Positions 9,700-20,500 of a DNA stretch of 64,000 nucleotides are shown piece by piece. This DNA comes from a virus. Every line of letters begins with the position of its first letter. Positions within the stretch are counted from its first letter, which is position 1. Made by a program: the position numbers and the translations under genes. A model generated the notes under the pieces. The model saw nothing but the letters and a program-made list of their open reading frames with translations. It was not told the DNA's origin and searched no databases. Location: IMG/VR virus record IMGVR_UViG_3300027967_000093. One strand, given 5' to 3'.

Positions 9700-11132
9700 C
9701 AACAACGACTAAAAAGACCGAATTAGGAAGTAATCCGGCAGTAGAGAATACCGAAGGTGTACCTATTGATGGATTCCAAGACCCGACTGGCGAGTATCCT
9801 AAACGGGAGTATCATTACGGTTCTTCTATAAACAAGTCTGCACGTGGATTGAAGGTAGAGAATCTTTATCTTGGGGGCGGTACACTCGATGTATCACTTG
9901 ACCTCGAAGACCAAGAACCTTCTAGATTCCCGTTCAACCAAGTAAAAGAAACTGCATCTGGACATATCATCTCATACGATGACACGCCTGGTGGTGAACG
10001 TATTCTTATCAAACATCGAAAGGGTGCGGGCGTAGAAGTACGTGCGGACGGGTCAGTTATCATATCTGCATTGAATAATAAGGTAGAAGTAACTGGAGGT
10101 GACCAAACACTTATCGTTGAAGGTAACGGTAAAATGGTGTATAATGGTAATCTCAATCTACAAGTATCTGGTGACTTCAATGTTGATGTTGGAGGAGACT
10201 ATAACGTCAATGTCAATGGTGACACCAACACCGAGATACGTAAAAACAATAACACTACTGTTGGTTTAAATACAAACTATACGACCAAGGGTACCGCTGC
10301 ATACAAGACAGTCGAACACGAGGCACGAGTCATACTCGGTAACGAAGACCATATCGTCAAAGGTTACTGGAAGAATAATGTGGGTTCACAGATTGAGATG
10401 TTCACTGCAAACCGTTTCCAAGTATCTGCGGAAGAAGAGTTTGCACTATCTGCACTACAAGGTAACATCTCTGCGACCGAAATCTCTGTACTTGGTATGA
10501 AAGGTGTAATTGGTGGTGAACAAGTCGAGATGACTTCTCCGGTTTACATGGGGCCAAAAGGTGCAGTTCCGTTTACCTCTGGTGCTGCGTTCTATGGTTC
10601 ATTCCACGGACAAGCACTTGAAGCAATCAAATCCAAGTATGCATATAAAGCAGAAAATGCGAAGACTTCCCAACTCGCATCTAAGGAGAAGGGAGGACAA
10701 CCATCCGGAGGTGCACCTGATGTACCTAAGAACATGGAAAGTCCCACCCCCAAAAAACCTGTACCTAAGACTGATGCAGTTGCAGGTATTCTGTCTGACG
10801 GACACTTGTCAATTAAAGCAATTGTCATCGATGGTCAAGACGAACTGCGCAACTCAATACTATTGCGTGATGACTATGCAGGTCTATATGAGAAAGAACC
10901 TACTATCAACGAGATACGTTCTTCTCTAAGAGATCCCGCGAATCGTTCTATTGCTAATGATGAGGGGACTAAGTTTGTCGATATCCTTATTCAACGAGAG
11001 ATGTTGAATCCCGAGTGGAATAATCCCGCACCTCCGAAGGTTGGACGTATTGCGAAGAAATCTGTATCACCTCGTTTTGGTTATACCGCACTTGGTAACT
11101 CAGTGAATAATAGAGGTAAGAGATTCAAATGA
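9696..11132 (+). CDS. gp5 C-terminal part (baseplate spike, beta-helix repeats)
   Basis: FPFNQVKETASGH...YDDTPGGERI.I.H..G, followed by VxG[ND] 8-residue repeats. Confidence 0.85.
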   Translation: MTTTTKKTELGSNPAVENTEGVPIDGFQDPTGEYPKREYHYGSSINKSARGLKVENLYLGGGTLDVSLDLEDQEPSRFPFNQVKETASGHIISYDDTPGGERILIKHRKGAGVEVRADGSVIISALNNKVEVTGGDQTLIVEGNGKMVYNGNLNLQVSGDFNVDVGGDYNVNVNGDTNTEIRKNNNTTVGLNTNYTTKGTAAYKTVEHEARVILGNEDHIVKGYWKNNVGSQIEMFTANRFQVSAEEEFALSALQGNISATEISVLGMKGVIGGEQVEMTSPVYMGPKGAVPFTSGAAFYGSFHGQALEAIKSKYAYKAENAKTSQLASKEKGGQPSGGAPDVPKNMESPTPKKPVPKTDAVAGILSDGHLSIKAIVIDGQDELRNSILLRDDYAGLYEKEPTINEIRSSLRDPANRSIANDEGTKFVDILIQREMLNPEWNNPAPPKVGRIAKKSVSPRFGYTALGNSVNNRGKRFK

Positions 11133-11734
11133 TTATAATTCCAGACCAGAAATATAACCCTAACTTTGCAGACACTATCACGACTGCGACTAAACTGTCG
11201 CCTGGCGTATCACTTGCAAAGTTCTTTGGTACTAAGGGTAACCCATGTAGTATGACCACAGTCGAGAAGTATCGAACTGACCAAACTGCAAGGAAACAAC
11301 TTGCACGTAATCTATATCTCCATGCAGAATTGTTTCGTAGTATCAACGGAAACATTGACTTCTTCAAGGATGTTAGATTGGTTGTGGTTGAAGGTATCTA
11401 CCGTGGTGGCCCACTCGAGACTGTATCAGGTGATAACCAGAAGAAACAAGATGGTCAACTGGTGGTCTATAGAGTAGTAGACGAAGAAGGTAAGGTTGAC
11501 TACGAAAGAACATTTGATCTCGCAGAGTACTGGAAAGACTATGCAAACTACAACAAATTGACTTTGGAGTATGATGTATGGAACCCTACCGGAGAACTCA
11601 ATGCACAGATTGCGGTAGAGATGCCTGTTGTTCCCGAGAACTTTGATATCTCGTTTGATATGAACATCGAGACTTTGTATAATGGACAACTTTTCAGTAA
11701 GAATGAACTGATAGAAGTTCTCGTAGACGTATAA
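11129..11734 (+). CDS. Baseplate-associated protein with a degenerate Peptidase M15A-like fold
   Basis: LSPGVSLAKF..NL...., VVVEGIYR, DLAEYWKD..NYNKLTLEY match the M15A layout, but the Zn ligands are missing. Confidence 0.5.
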   Translation: MIIIPDQKYNPNFADTITTATKLSPGVSLAKFFGTKGNPCSMTTVEKYRTDQTARKQLARNLYLHAELFRSINGNIDFFKDVRLVVVEGIYRGGPLETVSGDNQKKQDGQLVVYRVVDEEGKVDYERTFDLAEYWKDYANYNKLTLEYDVWNPTGELNAQIAVEMPVVPENFDISFDMNIETLYNGQLFSKNELIEVLVDV

Positions 11735-11737
11735 ATA
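11730..11737 (+). promoter_or_regulatory. Late promoter TATAAATA upstream of gp25
   Basis: Exact consensus 27 nt upstream of ATG 11765. Confidence 0.8.
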
Positions 11738-11764
11738 GAATTATAATAATTTTAGGAAACACTA

Positions 11765-12214
11765 ATGTCACGCGCATTTTCCATAGAGGACGGTGGACTT
11801 GCCCAGACTTCTACAGTCAAGGCAACTCGAAACCGAGAATATATCGATATAGACCTTTCGTTTGCAGCGAAGGGTTCCGGTGACGTTTACAAGAAAAATG
11901 CAGTTGCATCTGTAAAACAAGCCCTCAAGAGTTTGTTGATGACTAACCGTACTGAGAAACCATTCGCACCTTACTTTGGTGCAAATCTGCAAGAAATACT
12001 TTTTGAACTTGCTGACCAAAACAGTTCGAGAGAAATACAGTTTGCAATCATAGAAAACATCAAGGCATTTGAACCAAGGATTAATCCTTCGAGTGTAAGA
12101 GTTTTCCCTGATGTCGACCCAGACAATAACACACTTAACATCACAATAATTTTTAACGTGGTGAACTCAAGCGAAACTATTGAATTCACAACAAGACTGA
12201 ACAGGTTACGATAA
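11765..12214 (+). CDS. gp25: Baseplate wedge subunit gp25
   Basis: Y.DIDLSF, SVKQALKSLLMTN..EKPF.P.FG..L...LFE and FEPRI motifs. Confidence 0.9.
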   Translation: MSRAFSIEDGGLAQTSTVKATRNREYIDIDLSFAAKGSGDVYKKNAVASVKQALKSLLMTNRTEKPFAPYFGANLQEILFELADQNSSREIQFAIIENIKAFEPRINPSSVRVFPDVDPDNNTLNITIIFNVVNSSETIEFTTRLNRLR

Positions 12215-14064
12215 TGGCAACGACTATCAATTCTTCATCATTAGATTTTCAGGCGATTAAAAACAACCTGAAGACCTATCTAAAACAACAGTCAGAGTTT
12301 AAGGACTATGACTTCGAAGCGTCTGGTCTTTCTAACCTGTTAGACGTTCTTGCATATAACACGCACATGAATGGTCTAACCGCAAACTTTGCACTGAACG
12401 AGAGTTTCCTTAATACCGCACAATTGCGTTCATCGGTAGTTTCTCATGCAGAGACTTTAGGTTATATTCCATCTTCCAAGACTGCCGCACAAGCAACAAT
12501 CAATATGTCATTTAATATTGGTATTGGCCAAGCAGACGTACCCGAGAAACTACAGATTGCATCTGGATATAAATTCACGGGTGATGTTGATGATGCAGCA
12601 TACACATTCCAAACTCAGGAGTTGGTTGAAGCGGTCAATGATGGTAACAACTTCTTCCAGTTCCAGACACTAGAGGGAAGTACCAACATCCCTATTTACG
12701 AAGGTATTGCAAAGACCAAGACCTTCTATGCAGGTGAGGACGGTGAGTCGGTATTGTACATCATACCTGACCCTAACCTTGACCGTGCAACTGCGGTAGT
12801 TCGTATCTATGAAAGTGCGACCTCTTCGGATTTCACGACTTATGTGAATCTAGAGACCGCGACCAACATTACAACTACCACCCCCGCATATGTCCTGAAG
12901 GAAGCTCCGAACGGATTCTACGAACTGACCTTTGGTAATGGTTCAACACTCGGTGCAGTTCCTCAAGCAGGTTCTAAGATTACTGTCGAGTATCTTGCGG
13001 TAGATGGTGCGAATGCAAACGGTGCACGTACTTTCGAACCACTGAATACTGTGGAGATTACTGAACCTACAAGTGGTATCGGTCTACAGAGACTTCCTGT
13101 TGTTTCTACAACAAGTAGGTCTGCCGGTGGTGCTGACAAAGAAACACTAGATTCAATCCGAAGAAATGCACCGTTCCGATATGCATCTCAGAATCGAATG
13201 GTTACCCACGTAGATTACTCTAACCTAATCTTACGTAACTATGGTACCCTGATTCGTGATATCATTGCATGGGGTGGAGAGGACAATATCTCACCTGAGT
13301 TCGGTGTAACGTTCCTTTCGATTGAATTTAATGGAGATGTGACTGCTGCACTTCAGAGTCAGACCAAAGACAATATCCGACTTCTGGTCGACCAGTTATC
13401 AATCGCATCGTTTGATTTGAAGTTTACTGACCCAGTCAAAACGTTTGTTGAGACTAATGTATTCTTCCAGTATAACCCAGATTACACCAACTTGTCAATC
13501 AATGCATTGCAAGAACAAGTACGTAATGTGATGACCAACTACTTCTCCTCTAATACAGGTAAGTTCGGTCAGGCATTCCGTAGGTCTAACCTGTTGGCAC
13601 TGGTGGATGACGTGAGTCCTGCAATCCTTTCGTCAAGAATGGATAATAAGATGCAACAAAGATTCACTCCTTCGGCTGGTGTTGAACAAAACTTCACGTT
13701 TAGTTATCCTGTTCCAATCTCTGTTCCGGATGATGTTGAAACTATCGTAGAATCATCTACATTTAAACTGACCGTGTCCGGTGTTCAATATCTGTCATGT
13801 AAAGTAATAAACTTACTCACTAGTACCAAACTTCAAATCATTGATGTGGGTAGTGGTGATGTTGTAGTTGACAATGTTGGTTCTTATGACCCGTCTGCGG
13901 GTACGATAAGTCTGGTTGGATTTAAGACTGACGAAGCAAAACTACTTAAATTAAGTTGTACACCCGCAAATGCAAGTGCAATCGTACCAGAGAGAGAATA
14001 CATCCTTGACTACGATAACACTAGATTAAGTGCGAAAGGTATCCGTACTACGGCGAGTAACTAA
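12214..14064 (+). CDS. gp6: Baseplate wedge subunit gp6
   Basis: LDF..IK.NL..YL..Q.EF.DYDFE.SGLS.LLDVLAYNTH, and GG...E...SIR.NAP..Y..QNRMVT..DY. Confidence 0.93.
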   Translation: MATTINSSSLDFQAIKNNLKTYLKQQSEFKDYDFEASGLSNLLDVLAYNTHMNGLTANFALNESFLNTAQLRSSVVSHAETLGYIPSSKTAAQATINMSFNIGIGQADVPEKLQIASGYKFTGDVDDAAYTFQTQELVEAVNDGNNFFQFQTLEGSTNIPIYEGIAKTKTFYAGEDGESVLYIIPDPNLDRATAVVRIYESATSSDFTTYVNLETATNITTTTPAYVLKEAPNGFYELTFGNGSTLGAVPQAGSKITVEYLAVDGANANGARTFEPLNTVEITEPTSGIGLQRLPVVSTTSRSAGGADKETLDSIRRNAPFRYASQNRMVTHVDYSNLILRNYGTLIRDIIAWGGEDNISPEFGVTFLSIEFNGDVTAALQSQTKDNIRLLVDQLSIASFDLKFTDPVKTFVETNVFFQYNPDYTNLSINALQEQVRNVMTNYFSSNTGKFGQAFRRSNLLALVDDVSPAILSSRMDNKMQQRFTPSAGVEQNFTFSYPVPISVPDDVETIVESSTFKLTVSGVQYLSCKVINLLTSTKLQIIDVGSGDVVVDNVGSYDPSAGTISLVGFKTDEAKLLKLSCTPANASAIVPEREYILDYDNTRLSAKGIRTTASN

Positions 14065-15149
14065 TGTCAATATTCGATAAAACATTAAAAGATACAAATA
14101 GACGGGATATTAACCTGAGAGAGCCTCAGGTTGATTCTCTGTTACCTTCGTATATTCAAACTGAATATCCTAAGTTTGTATCGTTCCTCAAGGACTACTT
14201 TGACTTTGAAGAACAAAATACTTCGACTACCAGATTCCTAAATAACATTTTCGAAACAAGAGATGTCACCCAAACAGATATTGATTTGTTGACATTCTTC
14301 GAAGATGAGTATCTGTTGGGTCAAAACTATTTCCAAGGGTTCACAGATAAAAGAACCGCAGTAAAATACTCAAGTTATCTGTATCGTGCAAAAGGTACTC
14401 GTTATAGTATACAACAGTTCTTCAAGACATTCTTTGATATTGAACCAGATGTTGTTTACACGAAACAATACATATTCACACTAAATGATTCAAAGATTGG
14501 TGCGGAATCTGCGCGATATCTAACAGATAACAAATTATATCAGACCTATGCACTACAGATTAGGTCAGAACTTTCGGTTGCACAGTGGCGTGATGCATAC
14601 AAACTATTGGTACATCCTGCGGGAATGTATCTTGGTGGTCTTACTCAGATTGTTGGTACTGCGTCATTAGACCAACTACAGTATGACCCAGGCGAAGCCA
14701 TCAAACCACCAATTGTATTGGAAGGTATTGGAGGACTTACTCCACTTGGTTTCGCACAAAATACTGCACTGTTCGACTTTGGTATCAGAGATGCGGATGA
14801 TGATATAGTGAAATACAGAACAAACATGGGTAGTTCAGGTGACTACCCAAGTCCAGGCGGTAACGATATCAATGACGTAGGTGACTTGACAATCGATAAC
14901 CTCGATAGACTATACTCAAGTATGGCAGAGTATCTAACTCCAGACTCACCGACACTTGATGAAGACAGTGATGGAACAACTCAGTATGCAGGTTTCGATA
15001 TCTCAAGTACAGAGACAATCGACCAAGAGATATTCACGTGGAACCCAACGGTTTCTCGTGTAGACTCTGATAACCTTGCGTTCCAGACTCCGGTTGGTGA
15101 TTCAGATGGAGAAATTTCTCTCCGTGAAGTAATAGATGGTAATTATTAG
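14064..15149 (+). CDS. Baseplate wedge initiator (short gp7-like)
   Basis: LP.YI..EYPKFV.FL..YF, LYRAKGT..SI..FF..FF and YKLLVHPAGM motifs. Follows gp6. Confidence 0.75.
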   Translation: MSIFDKTLKDTNRRDINLREPQVDSLLPSYIQTEYPKFVSFLKDYFDFEEQNTSTTRFLNNIFETRDVTQTDIDLLTFFEDEYLLGQNYFQGFTDKRTAVKYSSYLYRAKGTRYSIQQFFKTFFDIEPDVVYTKQYIFTLNDSKIGAESARYLTDNKLYQTYALQIRSELSVAQWRDAYKLLVHPAGMYLGGLTQIVGTASLDQLQYDPGEAIKPPIVLEGIGGLTPLGFAQNTALFDFGIRDADDDIVKYRTNMGSSGDYPSPGGNDINDVGDLTIDNLDRLYSSMAEYLTPDSPTLDEDSDGTTQYAGFDISSTETIDQEIFTWNPTVSRVDSDNLAFQTPVGDSDGEISLREVIDGNY

Positions 15150-15157
15150 TATAAATA
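15150..15157 (+). promoter_or_regulatory. Late promoter TATAAATA
   Basis: Exact consensus 28 nt upstream of ATG 15186. Confidence 0.8.
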
Positions 15158-15185
15158 GATGTAATAATCTTTAGGTAAAAAGAGA

Positions 15186-16181
15186 ATGACTAGACAAGTA
15201 TTAAACAGAGGCACAATCGCGAACGATGGTACGGGTGATACACTTCGTACTGCATCGTTGAAGATTGAACAGAACTTCCAAGAGTTGTATGATAAACTTG
15301 GGGATGGTTCTGCACTAATGCCATTAATCGATTTCGATTCCGCTGCTGTTGTATTCGGTACTACCGCAAACAACTTCAAGAGTCGAGTTCGAGTAGACAC
15401 ATTGTCTGCTAATCGTAGTGTGCGTATTCCTAACTATGGCGGAAGTCTGGTTATGGATTCTGCAACTCAGACCTTGTCTAATAAGACTTTGTTGAGTCCA
15501 GTCATTACTACACCTCAGATTAATGACACAAGTTCTGACCACCAATATATTGTTGCGGTTAATGAACTGAGTGCAGATAGAACAATCACCCTTCCGTTAT
15601 TGGGTGCGTCTGATACATTCGTATTCAATAGTCACACTGCAACATTATCTAATAAGACTCTTCTGAGTCCTACTATCAACAATCCGATTATTGGTTCTCA
15701 GATTTTGGATAGTGCGGGTAACGAATTAATTCAGTTCCAAGATTCTGGTTCTGCGGTTAACTTCATTCGAGTTGCGAATGCGACTACCGGACTACCTGCC
15801 GTGGTTCAGGCTGCGGGTGAAGCAAACTCTTCCTTATCTTTGAAAGGTACAGGAAATGGTGGTATTAAATTAGACTCTAAAATGATTCTGAAAACTCAGG
15901 GTCTTAATAGTGCAGGAACAATAAACTCAAACAATCCGATAACATTATTTAATAATGCATCTACTGCAAGTCATACATTGGCTAGTGGTACCACAGGTCA
16001 GAATGGTGAGATAAAACATCTCGTCAATAAAGGTGCGGGAACACAGACAGTAAATGAAACGTCAAACAACGTTGCGGCATATGCAAGTTTCACTATGCCT
16101 CAAAACTCTGCAATTACGTTGGCGTGGTTTTCCTCTCAGTGGTTCGTTATAAATAATCTCGGTGCAACATTAAACGCGTAG
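15186..16181 (+). CDS. Baseplate/tail fibre connector (gp9/gp10-like N-terminus)
   Basis: G..ANDGTGD.LR....KI..NF.ELY N-terminal motif. Internal repeat TLSNKTLLSP occurs twice. Confidence 0.75.
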   Translation: MTRQVLNRGTIANDGTGDTLRTASLKIEQNFQELYDKLGDGSALMPLIDFDSAAVVFGTTANNFKSRVRVDTLSANRSVRIPNYGGSLVMDSATQTLSNKTLLSPVITTPQINDTSSDHQYIVAVNELSADRTITLPLLGASDTFVFNSHTATLSNKTLLSPTINNPIIGSQILDSAGNELIQFQDSGSAVNFIRVANATTGLPAVVQAAGEANSSLSLKGTGNGGIKLDSKMILKTQGLNSAGTINSNNPITLFNNASTASHTLASGTTGQNGEIKHLVNKGAGTQTVNETSNNVAAYASFTMPQNSAITLAWFSSQWFVINNLGATLNA

Positions 16182-16190
16182 GACATATAA

Positions 16191-17573
16191 ATGCCAGTAA
16201 TTACCGATCAATTTAAAAAGCAGGTTCTAGACGACCTACTCACTGACTTCAGAGATTCTGATAACAGTGTACGATATTATGCAGCAATTGGTAGATCCGA
16301 AGATTGGAATGATTCTGATGTTCCTACTGTTCCTACCAATGACCTTGCGTCAGCCAGAGAATCTCGAGGTTCGTTACAGTCAATTAAATTGATTGAAGAC
16401 GCATCTTATGTTATTCCTCGTAGGGTTTGGGTTGCAAACTTAATCTACTCTCCGTATGACGACAATGATGTTGGGTTTCCCGAGAATCCTTTCTATGTTA
16501 TCAACTCGAATAACGAAGTCTACATCTGCCTAGAACAAGGTAAGAGACAGGACGGTACTTCTCAGTTGTCGACTGTGCAACCTACTGGTAACACCACCGG
16601 CACGGCATTCCGTACTTCGGATGGTTACACTTGGAAGTTCTTGTATACTATCGGTGCACTTCGTGCAGATAAGTTCTTGTCTTCTGGTTATATGCCAGTT
16701 CAATTCGTTGCAACGACTGACTCGGATAGTCCGGCAGAAGATTTGCAACAAGAGATGGTACAGAACAATGCAGTCAAGGGACAGATTTTAGGTTATCGTA
16801 TTATCAACGGTGGTTCTGGTTATACATCTAACCCAACTGTTAGTGTTATTGGTAATGGTACTGGCGCAAGTGCGTATGCAGTACGTGCTGGCGAGACTAT
16901 CGTTGACATCAAAGTTAAAGAAGATTCCTCGGGTAATGCCGGTTCATCTTACTTTGGTACCGGATACAACTATGCGAATATAGTTGTGACTGGAGGTGGT
17001 GGTGACTCTTGTACTGTTCGTCCTATTATAGGTCAACCTAATGGCATGGGTTCTAATCCTGTCATCGACCTTAAAGCGAACGGTATGATGTTCAACTCTA
17101 AACCTGATGGTGTAGAGAATGATGACTTCATTACTGGTGATGAGATTTTCCGTCAAGTAATGTTGTTGCGTAACCCTAGAGTAGATAGTTCAGAAGGTAC
17201 TTTACTTACATCTACTTCCGCCCTTGCACTAGATAAGATTATACACGATGGAAGTGGATTTGTCAAGTCTACTGTGCAAAAATCTCAAATACAAGGTGTG
17301 ACCTCTGGTGCAGTAGCCATCATTGATGACACCAACGATTCAGATACAATTTGGTATCACCAAAATGCAGAGACCGGATTTATTCCGTTCCAAAGTTCAC
17401 CACCAGAAGAAATACAAGTGGTTGGTAATACTGGTATCAACGGAACTATTACAAGTTTGGTAGAAGGTGAGTTTAATCCATACACTGGAGACTTACTATA
17501 TATTGATAACCGTTCTGCTGTTACTCGTTCAAACGACCAAACCGAAGACTTGAAAATCGTAATTACTCTCTAG
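16191..17573 (+). CDS. gp8: Baseplate wedge subunit gp8
   Basis: Y.AIGR...W, FYVINS...VY.CL, T.DGY.WKFLYTI and C-terminal GDLLYIDNR....R...QTED.KIVI. Confidence 0.88.
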   Translation: MPVITDQFKKQVLDDLLTDFRDSDNSVRYYAAIGRSEDWNDSDVPTVPTNDLASARESRGSLQSIKLIEDASYVIPRRVWVANLIYSPYDDNDVGFPENPFYVINSNNEVYICLEQGKRQDGTSQLSTVQPTGNTTGTAFRTSDGYTWKFLYTIGALRADKFLSSGYMPVQFVATTDSDSPAEDLQQEMVQNNAVKGQILGYRIINGGSGYTSNPTVSVIGNGTGASAYAVRAGETIVDIKVKEDSSGNAGSSYFGTGYNYANIVVTGGGGDSCTVRPIIGQPNGMGSNPVIDLKANGMMFNSKPDGVENDDFITGDEIFRQVMLLRNPRVDSSEGTLLTSTSALALDKIIHDGSGFVKSTVQKSQIQGVTSGAVAIIDDTNDSDTIWYHQNAETGFIPFQSSPPEEIQVVGNTGINGTITSLVEGEFNPYTGDLLYIDNRSAVTRSNDQTEDLKIVITL

Positions 17574-17582
17574 GATTAAGAA

Positions 17583-20500
17583 ATGCCAAACACGTTTACA
17601 GAACAAACATTCAGATCAACCTATAAGGATGATTATAAGGATAGTGACAACTATTCTCGTATTCTGTTCAATGCAGGTCGAGCACTACAGGCGCGTGAAC
17701 TTACGCAACTACAGACTATCATTCAATCAGAGATTAAACGGTTTGCAGATAACATCTTCCAGAAAGACGGTGTTCCTGTTTCTGCCGGTGGTGTTTCAAT
17801 CAACAATTCATATGCTTTCATCAAGATTTCAAACGACCAGAATAACTCGTTTGATGATGTATCTGCACTGAAAGGTGTTGTACTTACGGGTGCAGACTCT
17901 TCAATTAAAGTAAAAGTTTATGAAGCAGTTGCTTCAGAAAACGGTGACCCTGATACCCTGTATGTACAATACACCGAGAACCCTAATACAATTAGTCCTA
18001 GTACGACATATAACTCAGCCACACGTGTAACTCCAGGCGAGATTCTGTCGAACGGTTCTAACATCAATCTTACTGTACAGACCACTAACACTGCTGCAAA
18101 CCCTGCAATTGGTTTCGGTAGTAATCTGTCTATTGGTGAATCACAATTTTATGTTAAGGGTCATTTCGTATTCGTTCCTAAACAAAGTATTTTCCTTGCG
18201 AAGTACGAGAGATCTAAGACCGCTGACCTCGGATTTAAACTTGTTCAAGATATTGTAACTGTATCTGATACTGATACTTTATATGACAACCAGAATGCGA
18301 CACCTAACCGTTCTTCGCCTGGCGCAGACCGTTATCGCATTAGACTTGTTCTTGCAAGACGAGACGAGGTTACATCGGGTGATACCTTTGTATACTTCTG
18401 TCGTGTAGAAGGCGGTGTAATTACTCATCAATTAACTTCTTCTGAAAACTACAATCAAATAAAAGAATTTGTTGCAACTCGCATCAAAGAGATTAACGGT
18501 GACTTCATTAAGAAGTACTGGAAACTTCGTGTAGAGCCCAATGGTTCAAATGCGAACTCCACTCTTATGTTGCGTATCGACCCAGGCACTGCATACATCG
18601 AAGGTAAACGTGTTGCGACTACTGTAACTCGAAGTCTTCCTATTCCAAAGGCAACAGACACTATTACTCGTGACGAAGAACAGATTGGTCTGGACTACGG
18701 TAATTACTACTATTGGGATAGTGGTGTTGGTATGTTAGATATTGATACTGCCGAACAGGTAGTATTGTATGCAGGATTTGATGGCGCAGACTCTGCGATT
18801 GGTACTGCAAACATTCGTGCAATTACCGAAGGGACTAATGCACTTCGTACTGGTGGATATACGTATACTCGTTCTCCATTATATAAAGCACACCTATTCA
18901 ACATACATAGAACCAACTTTAACCACACTTTACGTGACGTTAAGTCGGTCAAATCGAACACCAATACCCACTTAATTAACCTTGTTCAGGTTGCGGATAG
19001 TAGTGCCTATATAGGTTCTGTTCTTCACGAACCAAAACAGAATGCACTTATCTTTGATACTCCGTTAAGTAGACCAAAAGGTTTCACTGACGTATCAATG
19101 ACGTTTATGAAGAAGTATAACTTCACTGCTGATGGGGAAAACCATACTATTACCCTGACAGACTCAGGTGAAAGTTTCAACCGTGAAGCGGACATCTTAG
19201 TTGCATCTGCTACCGAGTTTGCACCTGCGGGTGTATCTGGTTCAATCCAGTCCGGTAATAAAGACATCGTATTCTCTGGTCTGACCAATGGTGTCGCATA
19301 CGAAGCAATCGTCTTTGTACGCAAGACTAATGCATCGGTCAAAACTAAGACTCTGACCGAAACTACTATCACTACGTCTCTAGATTCTAATGGTGCTGGT
19401 ATTAAAGGTATCAACCTAAGTCAGTCTGACATTTACTCTATCGAACGTGTAAGAAAGAATGACTCTGACGGTGAAGATATCTTCCCACACTTCATGTTCG
19501 ATGCAGGACACCATGTAACTCACTATGACGATGGTCGTCTGGTTTGGTCTGGTGGTGGTATCGATAGTGCTAACCAACCTATATTCGTTCGGTTTAAATA
19601 CTTCGAACACTCGGTAAGTGGTCAGTTCTTTGCGGTTAACTCTTATGATGGTCAATTAGACTATCTTGATATCCCCGCACAGAAACTAGACAATGGTAAC
19701 AAGGTTTCATTGCGTGACGTAATCGATTTCCGTCCTGCAACCGATGGTAGTGGTTCATACTCAGGTGGAACAGTTTGTCCTCTACCTGTCCCAGCTGACA
19801 CTATCGAAGTGGATGCGGAATACTACTTGCCTCGTGCAGACAGATTGGTTATTTCTAAAGATGGTGAAATCCGTTATATTACTGGTTCATCTTCACTGAA
19901 TCCAAAATATCCTGATGTACCTGTTGATTGTATCGACCTTTATAAAGTAAGGTTGAACCCTAACACGTTACATTCCCAAGATTTAAAAACTACCCTTATT
20001 CCACGTAAGGGTTATACCATGGCAGACATTAATAAGTTGGAAGAGAAGGTCGACCGTCTCGAAGAGATGACCACACTTTCACTTCTTGAACTTAATACCA
20101 AGTTCCTTTCGGTACTTGACTCTGCGGGTAATGACAGAACTAAGGCTGGTTTCTTTGTAGACAACTTCAAGAACCACCAACATTCACAAACTACTTCTCC
20201 GGAATATCGTGCTGCAATTGACAAACGTTCATTGTTGTTACGTCCTACTTTCGTAGAAGACTGTGCTGACTTGTTCTATGACAGTGGAAATGCAGGTCAA
20301 CTTAGAACTATTAAGAAAGATGATTTCTTGATGTTGGACTATAGTAATGTTGCATATGAGTCACAAGAACTTGCATCTAGTACTGAAAACCTTGCACCAT
20401 TCTTCGTACCGCAAACAGTTGGTAACTTACTTCTTTCTCCTGAGACTGACTCTTGGAAAGAAACCGATAAGATTGGTGAGACTGTTGTTGGTCGTTCTAC

